Below the pieces are notes generated by a model, which was given only the letters and a program-made list of their open reading frames with translations, did no database searches and was not told the origin of the DNA. A DNA stretch of 64,000 nucleotides, taken from the NCBI GenBank assembly GCA_039621445.1, contig CP154954.1, positions 29,645,411 to 29,709,410 on the forward strand, written 5' to 3'. Below are positions 11,801 to 22,831 of the stretch, one piece after another (the stretch's first letter is position 1; each line of letters begins with the position of its first letter). Both the position numbers and the translations under genes were made by a program. This DNA comes from Euglena gracilis. Taxonomy: Eukaryota.

Positions 11801-14800
11801 GGCGGCCCGGCCGGCTGGCGGGTCGAAATACGCTCATTTTCGGCTCAAAAACAGGTTTTACGTGTCCTGGAGGCCAAAAAACATTGTTCTGGGCAAAACA
11901 AAATTTTTCGATTTTTTCGACTTTTTTGGCCCGGTTTTGATTCAAAGTCAATGAGTTGGTGGCCAAAATGGGGCACTGACGGTGGAAAAACGCCCATTTT
12001 CGGCTCAAAAACAGTTTTTCCGGGTCAGGGAGGTCAAAAAACATGATTTTGGGGCAAAAAATTTTTTTCGATTTTTTTCGACTTTTTTGGCCCGGTTTTG
12101 ACCCAAAGTCAATGGGTTGGCGGCCCAAAACGAGGCGCTGGCGGGTCGAAAAACGCTCATTTTTGGCTCGAAAACACTTTTTTCGGCTCCGGGAGGTCAA
12201 AAAACATGTTTTTGGGCCAAAAAATTTTTTTTGAATTTTTTCGACTTTTTGACCCATAAATGGCTATCCACCGGCCAGGGGGGGGGGCAGGCCACAGCCA
12301 CGGGGGGCATGGGGGGGGGTCCGGGTCGGAAAATTTTTTTCGCTCAAAAACACTTTTTTTGATGTTCTGAAGTGAAAAAAAGTGTCAATTTTCAAATTTT
12401 TGGGTCCCAACCAGCCAACCCGACCCCCCTCGCCCAGCCGCCCTCACAGCGCCTGCAGGGGTCCCCGAATACCCAAAACTGGCCCAAAATCGCGCAACCA
12501 GACCCCGGGAACCCCAAAAAACGGTCAAAACCCCCCCCTAAACCTAATGTTTGACCCCCTGGTTTGGGTTCCAACTCCTCGTCTAGCCCGAGATATGGGC
12601 AATTTACGGTTTCTGGCCCCGAATGGGCCCGAAATGGCCAAAGCTGGCCAAACTGGCCCAAAACCCCAAAACGGCCGTATCTCGGGCTACGCGAAGAGTT
12701 GGCCCAAACCGCGCATACCGATCGATCGGGCGTCCCAAAGTTGTGGAATGACGTCCTCTTTAATTTTTCTTAACTCAGCAGCGTTTTCGAGATATTTTGA
12801 ATTTTTCGATTTTTTGACCCCAAAATGACCCTGCAATTTCCCCGGAAAAAAAAACGGTAGACAACTTTTTTGCTCGGGCCATATCTCCGGACTGGTGGGG
12901 AGTTGCAGGTAACCCAAGGGCTCTAGAGATACTAGGGACCCTCTCCTAACCTATAGGCTATTCACTTTGTGGGCCCGGAAATCCAATCACATCGATAATC
13001 CTCGGGGGCCATTGCCTACCCAGGGGGGGGGGGCGGGGGGGGGCGGGGGGGGCGGGTGCGGCGGTGGGGGGCGCGGGGGGGATTTGGATTTGGATTTGTT
13101 GTGCCCCGCGTTGTTGCGCAGTGCCTCCAGCCGTGGGCGTACACAAGCACCACTCTGGAGGGCACCCCCGGAGCCCGGGCATTGCAATTTGATTTGGGAG
13201 TTTGGGATTTGGTTGGGGGTTCGCCTGTGGGGGTGTGTGGGGTTTGGTGTCCAGGGGGCAAATAGAGTGAGGCCGGGATGGTATGATGGGGGGATGAGGG
13301 CGTGCAAGCTGGGGGGCAGAGGCTGGGGGAATGAGTGGGAATGGGGGGCACAAATCGGAATGATGTGATGTTCCCACCGGACCGGGGCCCTCTTCCCGAG
13401 GGTCGGTCAGGGTAGAGGGTGGGGAACGCAGAAATGATGCAGAAAAAAAAATAGACCAAGCTGGGTGCACCCTGGTCGCCGTACCCCCGGGGTGATATGG
13501 GGTCCACTCCTCTCCTTCGCCCCAGAGCGGCTGTGCTCCGTCACTGAGTGGGGGGGTTGATCCCCGCTACCTCGAACCTGAGGGGGGGCCGAAAATTCTT
13601 CTTTCATGGACGGGCAAAGGGCCGGAAATCGGCGTTTGATTGCGTTTATCCCAAATTTCGAACAACAGGACCAACACGGGGTGGTTGTGGTAATCTACAA
13701 TTCGGTGGGTGGGAGGCCATGGGTTGGTTAGGATGTTCCAGAAGTTGGGGGCGGAACACTGGGGTGGGAGGTCAGGCAGTCGGCGTGTAGAACACCCCGG
13801 GGAGGGATTGAAATTGTATGGAAGTTTGGCGGGTGGAAGTTCAGCGGGTTGGACACCGCCAGGCGGTTGGGGTTATTCCGAGGTTTGGTGGTTACAACAC
13901 CGGGGTGGTTGAGGGAGGCCTGGTAAAGCAGGGGGTTGGATGTCACAGGGTGTTCGAGGTGGTCCGGAAGCTCTGAGGGCACAGGGTGATTAGGGTTATG
14001 TGGAAGCTCGGTAGGTGGGTTTACGCGGGAGTTGGAAGGGTAGCACACCATGGTGGGCCATCAGGCTGAGTAACTGAGAAAGTTGATGGGTCACCCGGAA
14101 ATTTATGGGGTAAAGCACCGCATTGATTATGATGTCCGGAAAGATGGTGGGTAGGATGGGATGGTCCGGCAGCTGATTTTGAACACCACGTGAGGTGGTT
14201 GGTGTGCAGTACACCATGGTTGTGGGGTTATCCAGGAGTTTGGTAATGGGGTGGGAGAGACACCAGGGGAGAGTTCTGGTTATGCAGAAGTTTATGGTCC
14301 ATTGAGTTTCCAGAGGTGAGATGTGTGGAAGGCCACAGGGGGGGGGGCCCAGGTTTCAGCGGGTCGAACACCATGGGTTGGTCGGGATTATCGGAATTTC
14401 GACAGGTTAGACTCCGCAGGGTGGCTGGGTTTGTACCGAAGTTCGGTGGGTGGTGAAAAACTACAGAGGGGTTGAGGCAAGCCTGAAATGCAGCGGGTTA
14501 AATATCACGGGGTATTCGGAATGGTCCGGAAGCTCGGTGGGTCAGACACCATCTGGGCAAGGGGGTTATCCGTAGTTCAGAGTTCTGCACCAACGGGCTA
14601 TCAAGCTTATTCGGAAATCGGAAAGAACACCGTGGGGGTTGGGTTATCGGAAGGATCGGTTGGTTGTGGTTATCCGGAGCGTTTGGGGGGTCCGGGCAGT
14701 CGGCGTGAAGAACAGTACGGGGGGGGGGGGGTTGGGCTGTTCAGAAGTTCGGCGCGTAGCACGGAAGTTCGGCGGGTTGGATGCACTGGGGTGGTTGGGG

Positions 14801-17800
14801 GTGAAACGAAAGTCGGTGAGTAAGACACCATTGGGGGGGGGGGGTCCACAAGTTGGGGGGGTTGAACACCACAGGGTGGGTTTGGGGGTAAAACAAAATA
14901 GATGGGGTATGGGGGGTAGTTGAGTTTTGATGGGTCGGAAACCATGGATGAGGGTGTCCAGAGGTTCGTGGGAGAGACACCATGGATTTTTGCATTATAA
15001 ATATATCATGGTGGGCAGGGCGGAATACATTGGGTGCCCGGAAGTTCGAGGTTGAACACTGTGGGGTGGAGGGAATTTCGTGGGTGAGATACACAAGGTG
15101 GTTGGGGTTATCCGGAAGCTCGGTGGGTCAGGTAACGCGGGTTGATTTGGGTAGTCTGCGAGTCCTGAAAAGGGGAAAGAATGGGGTGGTTGTGTTATAA
15201 ATGGAACAAGATGGGTGAGGGTTGAAAATTTCGCGAGGCAGCAGAAGAAACTATGCATTGGATGGTGCATGCAAAAAAAAAAAATATGCTTGCATGCTGA
15301 TGTCAGGCTGTGAAAAAAAAATCGGCACAAATACAACAAACCACGGAGAGAGCTGTGTCTCACCATGGTCTGGAGGGGGCATGGGGCTGGGGAGGTGAAC
15401 TGCACATGGTGGTGCATGTAAGAATGGATGAGAGACTGGTGTCATAAAAAATGGGAAGGCTGGGAATGCAAGAGGCGCTAATGAAAAACTGTTTTCTCCT
15501 GGGTGCTCCTTTTTCCTTTCCATGATATTTGGGAATGTCAATCTTACTAACTCAAGTGGGTTTCTACCACAATGGGGTTTCATTTAGAAATTGGGGGTTC
15601 GCAGTGCAGACTATTTGGGCCCCAAAGGTTTTTTAGTGTGTACTGACTTAGATGAGCTGCAAGAGAAATTTGTGGATGATAATAAAGGAAGGGGTTAAAG
15701 CGGCGGATGCAGGTAAATGGTTGCACTTAAGCAGGCTTGAGCCACGTTCAGACAAAGCGGAGGGAAGAAGAGGTTCTCAAATTCTTAAAGGTTAGGGTGT
15801 TCCTGGTGTGTGGGGTGGTTACGGTGGATAGTGGGTGGAGGCAGAGTCGGGGCAGGGTTCCCGGGTGGAGGCCGGATGGGGGGTGGCGGCGGGGGGGGGG
15901 GGGGGGTCGGCGTCCACCATTCTCGGCGGAGAGCTGGTGGGTAAGCTGGGGGGGGGGGCAGGGGCTGGCAGAAACACAGTGCCAGGCCCATAATGACCGG
16001 TCCAGGAGGCAGCAAAAGAAATCATAAAATGGTTGGTGCACACAAAATGTGTTTGCATGCTGACGTAAGGCAGTGAGATACATCAGCACAAATTCAACAA
16101 ACCGCGGAGAGAGCTGTGTCTCACCGCGGTCTGGATGAGGGCGTGCACTGCTGCCACATTTGAATGCATGGGAGAAAGAAATTGGGCCTGGTGTCATGAA
16201 AAACGGGGAGGGGGCTGGGGCTGGGGGTGCGGGGAGCACCAATGTGGATTTATTTCTCCCGGGTGTTTCCCAGCCTTTCTTTATGTACTGAAACTTAGAA
16301 ATGTGATTCTCTCATGTTTTATGTGAATTTCTACCACGATGAGCGTTATTTTGGAAATTTGGGGGGTTCACAGCGAATAGTATTAGGGCTGCTCCACGGG
16401 TATGTCAGTGTGTACTGACTGAAATGAGCTGCAAGAGAAATTTGCAGGTGAGAATTAATGGAGGGGTAAAGCGGCGGTTGCAAATAAGTGGTTGCACTTC
16501 AGCAGCTTGAACAAAATTTAGACAAAGCGGGGGGAAGAGGTCCGCAAAATCTTGAAGACTAGGGTGTGGTGGGGGGGGGGTGGGTGTGGTGGGTAGTGGA
16601 GGCACAGCTGGGGCAGGGTTCCGGACAGAGGGTGCCGGGGGGGGGGGGGGGGGGACAGACAGGAGGCTTCAGTGCAACAAAGGGTGGGGAGTCTGCGCCC
16701 ACCATTCTCGACTGGGTGAGCTGGGGGGGGGGTGGCGGAGAGGGTTGGCAGAAACACGGCGCCAGGCCCACTAGAGGATAATGACTGGTCCAAGAAGGGG
16801 GGGGGGTTCAAAAATAGGAGAGGCAAAAAAGAAACCATCAATTTGCAGGTGAGCTAAAATATGTCTGCATCTGATGTCAGGCAGTGAGATACATCAGCAC
16901 AAATTCAACAAACCGCGGAGAGAGCTGTGTCTCACTGCGGTCTGGATGAGGATGGGGCATGCACTGCTGCCACATTTGAATGCATGGGAGAAAGAAATTG
17001 GGCCTGGTGTCATGAAAAACGGGGAGGGGGCTGGGGCTGGGGGTGCGGGGAGCACCAATGTGGATTTATTTCTCCCGGGTGTTTCCCAGCCTTTCTTCGT
17101 CCTGAAATTTAGAAATGTGATTCTCTTATGTTTTATGAAAAATTTCTACCACAATGAGTGTTATTTTGGAAATTTGGGGGGTTCACAGCGAAGAGTATTT
17201 GGGCTGCTCCACGGGTATGTCAGTGTGTACTGACTGAAAAGAGCTGCAAGAGAAATTTGCGGTTGAGAGTTAATGGAGGGGTAAAGCGGCGGTTGCAAAT
17301 AAATGGTTGCACTTCAGCAGCTTGAACAAAATTTAGACAACGCGGAGGGAAGAGGTCCGCAAAATCTTGAAGACTAGGGTGTGGTGGGGGTGGGGTGGGT
17401 GGGGTGGGTAGTGGTGGGGTTCGGTTTTCGCGGTGAATTTCACCGCCGGACGCTATGCGGGTTCCTCAGGGACCGGAGTCCCTGGGAATTGCCCACGCCC
17501 GCTCAGGTGGGCGGGCCCTCCGCAGCTCTGCCGTGTTCCGCCGGCCGGCGCACGCGTGGCTGGAGCCAGACCTGCAAAGATGCCTGCCGCTTTCGAGGAT
17601 GCTCCTCCTGCTCCCGCAGGGGGGGGAGGGGCTGCCGAGTGGGGGTACCTGGGAAGCCATGCAAGGAGGGCAGGCAGACAGGCATGGGGACGGAGTCCCC
17701 GTCCTCCGGGGGTGAGGGTGCTGGCGGGCTCCCCAGGGGGGCCAACGCCAAGGCTGCTGGTGAGCCTCCTGTTGGCGGCTGGTTTCTGAGCCGCTTGGCG

Positions 17801-20800
17801 GGCGCTGCACCCGTCCGCCGCTGGCTTGGGGTACCTAGAGTGGCGGGCGGGGGAGCGGGAAGGCGTGCTGGGGGGAGGGCCGAGGCCGAGGCCGAGTCCG
17901 CCTGTGGGCGCCCGGCCGCTGGTCCAGTCCTCCGCCGCTTGGCTAGCGGTGGGCCAGGGGTGGCGGCTGGACCGGGGCAGAGGGAGACGACGAAATGCCT
18001 GCGACATTGGGGACAGAGGAAGCCACGGCGGCGATGCTGCCAGAGCTGGCCGCGGCCAAAGAGAGGAGGAAAGCGTTCCACCTCTCGGTGAATGCCCGTT
18101 ACCACGGGGCGCGGACCCCCTCCGGCGTTGGGGCCAGCCGCACCGACCAGCGGCGGGGTCGAGACGGCGGGAGGCCCGGCGCCAGAGGGGACGCCATCTC
18201 TTTGGACATCTCTTTGGAGCCACGTTCCTCGTCGCCGGCGACAGCGGCCTGCAAGTGCTTGGTGAATCCGGCGATGTTGTCCCGCACAGCCCTGGGGAAT
18301 GGGCAGGCATGCTCAACTTCCCACAACAGCAGGAGGGCCATGGCGGACTCCCCCTCTTCGGGAGGGGCTGGCCACAGGAACCGGTGTTCCCGGATCCACC
18401 GCCCGAGGCCTGCATTAGCCTCGGCCATCTGTGTGCGGAGGACAGGGGAGTATGAGGGCCCCTGTGGGGACCGCTGCCAGGTCCCCAAGTCCAGAGAGAC
18501 CCTGGGGACCCTATTGTATAGGAGCCTGTTGGACTTGGATACACACAGGAGAGGGGGAGACAGGGCCACCGCAGGGCCAGCCTCGATGAGCTGGCGGAGG
18601 GCGCGGCCCAGTGCCACAGTCCGCTGGGTGAGGCCGGCCCCTGGGGTGGAGGTGAGCGGCTGCCCGGTGGCCCGCTCAAACACGGCCAGCAGGAGGGCAG
18701 CTGTGGAGCCGCAGGATGGAGGATCGTTGTCTCCTGTTGGAGTACGGAGACCAGCTGTTTTCGCAAGCCGGCGGAGCGTTGCGGACCGCACGCCGGCAAC
18801 GAGGAAGGCGGTGTGGGTGGAGGTGGAGACGGCAGCGGTGGAGCCTGGCGGCGTTCCACCTCTAGGCGGCGGAGGTCAGCCACCGTGGGTTGGCGTTCCG
18901 GTGGCCTTGCCTCCGCTGCCCTGAACGCCAGGGGGCTGGGGAGGACGAGTCCGGGGAGAGAGAGTGGAGGGGGGTGGCTCTTGGAGGGTGCCCCGGCGCC
19001 GCATCCACTCCGCGAGGCGCTCCGCCAGCAGGCGGTGCAAGGCCGGGAGGAAAGCGCCCAGCGTCCGCTGGTTGCAGCGGGGAGTGCGACAGGCAATCGG
19101 AGGGAATCAGGGCGGCCGCCAGCAGAAGGAGGTGGGAAGTGATCCAGACCTCCGGTGGCGGTGGGATGGAGCAGCGCACTTTGGAGCCCGCCGAGGCCCA
19201 CAGCTCCAGAAAGGAGGGGATCACGTCGGAGGAGCCGATGGATGAGCACCCGGAGAGGATATGCTCCTCATCCTCCACCGGAGCGCCACAGCCCAGGCAG
19301 GCGGGGGAAGAAGGGCCCATGCCGTGGCGAAACAGGCAGTCCTGCGGGCCAGGCAGCCCCCTCGGACCCGGGCGACCCATTTGATGGTGGCTGGGGGCAC
19401 CAGGTGGACGAAACCGTCGACACCGGCAATGGCCCGGTGGAAACCACCGGTGGATGCTGCCCAATTTATATCAATGGCCACGGGGAAGAGGGGGGATAGT
19501 CTGCACTGGCGGGCACCGGTGTGCCACGCCCGCCGGGAGCGGAGCCACCATGCCGAGGGGAAGGAGGAGGACACCTGCAGGACGACGGAGCCCGACGAGT
19601 CGAGGAGCTCCACCGCATCCCCGAACTGGGCTGCCGGCGGCCCCCAAAACTCGGATGCCTCTCCGCGGGCAGCCTTCTTGGCCCACCCGTCGACAATGTC
19701 GTTGCGGGGGGCAGCCACACTGCAGGCCATCCTCGTCGTGCGCCCGCACCTTCTCCAGGATGGGGGGCAGGTCGCAGTCCCGCGTCGATGCGATGACCTA
19801 TCGTACCAGGGAGGTCGGAGGGGGGCGGGGGGGGGGGGGGGGGTGTCGGCGTCCACCAGTCTCGGCGGAGAGCTGGTGGGTGAGCTAGGGGGGGGGGGGG
19901 GGGCAGGGGCTGGCAGAAAAAAAAACGGTGCCAGGCCCATTGTGACCGGTCCAAGGTTTAAAGTCCAAGAGGCTGCAAAAGAAATCATGAAATGGTTGGT
20001 GCAACACAAAATACATTTGCATGCTGACGTCGGGTTGTGAGACAAATCAGCACAAATTCAACAAACCATGGAGAGAGCTGTGTCTCACCGCGGTCTGAAG
20101 GAGGATGGGGCGTGCACTGTCGCCACATATGATTGTAAGGGAGAGGGAAATGGGCCTGGTGTCATGAAAGGTGGGAGTTGGCTGGAGGTGAAGGAGGCGC
20201 TGATGTAAATTCATGTTTCCGAGGGTGTTCTCTAGCTTTTCTTCTTTCCCTGCAATTTGGGAGATGCTGTTCTTTATGTTTTATGTGAGTTTATAACACA
20301 GTGGGTCTTATTGCGGAAACTTGGGGGTTCGCGGTGAAGAGGATTTGGGCTGCCCCACTGGTGTGTTTTGACTGAAATGAGCTGCAAGGGAAATTTGTGG
20401 ATGAAATTTATGCGCAGAATTAAAAAGGGTGTTTAAAGCAGCGTTTGCGTGTAAGTGGTCCTGCATAGAAATGGTTTCATTTCAGCAGCCAGCACCAGAT
20501 GGATGTAATGCAGGGGGAGTTTCCTGATAGCTTAAATGGTGGGGCATTTGTGCGTGAGTGGGGTGGGTAGTGGGTGGAGGCAGAGTTGGGCAGGATTCCC
20601 GGGTGCCGGACAGGGGTTGGCAGGGGGGTGAGTAGTGGGCACCATGCTTGGCGGGTGGTGGGGGATGGGCTGGGCGGGGCTGGTCGAATGGGGGGGGGGG
20701 GGGCAAAATTCCGAGAGGCAACAAATCAATTTGCTAGTGCATGCAAACCACGTTTGCATGCTGATGCCAGGCTGCGAGATAAAATCAGCACAAATGCATG

Positions 20801-22800
20801 ATTCGGGGCTGGAGCAAGCAAAGGCCAGGTACCGGGTTGGAGCTGGCCTTTGAATGCAGGGGCAACGGCGGGCAGCCAGGTGGCTACCGTGTGAGTGTGG
20901 GTGCTGTCCGGTGGGGACGGGGGGGGGTGCGCCCAATGTGCTGTCGTGCCGTGTCTGGGGGTTTAGGGTGGGGGGGGGCGTGTGCGAGGAGCTCCGGGGG
21001 GGGTGGGGGAGGAAAATGGGCCGCCGCGAGCGTTGGCGACCGGACCCGATCTCCTTGGTCCGTGGCCCGTTCATAGGCTGGGGTTGGGGCCGGGCCAGGA
21101 CAGTAGAGCGAACGCCGGCGCTGATGCCCGGCACGAGCCAAGCACCCACACACAGGGTGGGGGGGTGTCTGTCGGGGGGGGGGGGTTCCGCATGCTGTGA
21201 GGGGCCCGTCTCTGGATTTTTGCAGCAAGTGCGCGGGGGGGATCGTGTGGGGTCGGGGGTGGGGTGAGGGTGATCTGAGTAGGGGGGGAGTTAATGGGCA
21301 CAAGGACTGAGCGGTGCCAGACCGTGGAAAGTCAGGAGGGGGGGAGCCTGGCGCAGGGGTGGGGGATTTGTCCCAGAGGGCTGGTGTCGCCCCGGTCAAC
21401 CCAGTTGGTGGTACTGCATGATGATGCCAGGGGTGGCCCGGCACTCTCAGAGGAGGACTGGCGGGTGGCTATCAAAGAAAGGAATAAATATGCTAAATTT
21501 TTATTTTAAAAAAAAACAGAGGAGCCTGAGGTTGGGGTGGGGGTGACTGCCACTGTGCACTCGCTGGGGGGGGGGGCGTTGTGTGCCTCCGAGGGGTTCT
21601 TCATGTAAGCACTAACCTCAGGTAGGGGTGAATGCGGGTAGGGGGTGTCTGGGTCATTCGGGGCTAGAGCAAGCAAAGGCCAGGTACCGGGTTGGGGCTG
21701 GCCTTTGAATGCAGGGGCAACGGCGGGCAGCCAGGTGGCTATTGTGTGAGCGTGGGTGCTGTCCGGTGGGGGACGGGGGGGGGTGCGCACAATGTGCTGT
21801 CGTGCCGTGTCTGGGGGTTTAGGGTGGGGGGGGGGGCGTGTGCGAGGAGCTCCGGGGAGGGGGGGAGGAAAATGGGCCGCCGCGAGCTTCGGCGGCCGGG
21901 CCCGAGCTCATTTCTCTGGTAGGTGGTGGGGTGGTCCGGACCCCCCGCGGGCCAGGAGCGGGGGGGGGGGGGGGGGCGGCGATGCCGGGGCCTGCTTGGG
22001 GCATCACAGAAAGAGAGGGGGGTGGGGGGGGGGGGGGAAAAAAGCGTCCCCGGGGGGGGGCCGAGGGTTTTGGCTGTGTGGCGGGTGGTGGAAGGGCCGG
22101 ACGTGGGGGGAGTGCCGGTCGCGAACATCGTACGATGATCCCGCCGAGCGTGAAGGGCAGGGAACAGGGCCAGGGCGACGAGGAGGGGGTCGTCTGCGGC
22201 GGTGAACTTCGTACGAGGATCCCGCCGAGCGCGAGGAGCAGGGAACAGGGTCAGGGCGACGAGGGAGGGGGTCGTCTGCGGCGGTGAACTTCGTACGATG
22301 TGCACGCCATGTTGAACGGCAGGGTTGATGATGAGGGCGATGGGCGAGGTGTCCTGGGGCAGAGGCGAAGTACTTCGTATGATGACCTCGCTGCGGGGAA
22401 CAACAGGGAGGGACAGGATGGCGACGAACAACAGGCTGAGTCGTCGGTGAACTTCGTACGATGACGTTGGGAGGCAGGGGATGGGGGCGACGGTGGCCCG
22501 GGGCGGGAGGTGGATGAGGGCGTGCCCGCTGGGGGGGCAGAGGCCGGGATGGAATGATGGGGGGATGAGGGCGTGCCCGCTGGGGGGCAGAGGCTGTGAT
22601 GGGGGATGAGGGCGTGCCCGCTGGGGGTTAAGTCGGAAGGGACCCCGGGGGTACCACCAGTTCACCATACCTAGGTGTGTCGTCGAGTCCTGGGACCTAT
22701 TCCATCATTTGTCCTCCTATCCTAATATAATACACTTTTGTTGTTTTCGGAGCCTGACAACGCACACAGAAAAGGTTATTCAAAAAGCAAAAAAAATTCG

Positions 22801-22831
<31 letters not shown>

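Noticed and set aside
13690-15200. CRISPR-like repeat/spacer pattern (also 9520-10090 and 22120-22470)
   Set aside because: Repeats are degenerate, the intervening sequences are mutually similar, no cas genes are present, and the context is eukaryotic.
17453-19249. 598-aa ORF as an intact gene
   Set aside because: Low-complexity Pro/Ser/Arg frame in very GC-rich DNA. The retroelement motifs are spread over several frames.
21739-22668. 309-aa minus-strand ORF
   Set aside because: Built from tandem repeats and C-runs; no recognisable domain.
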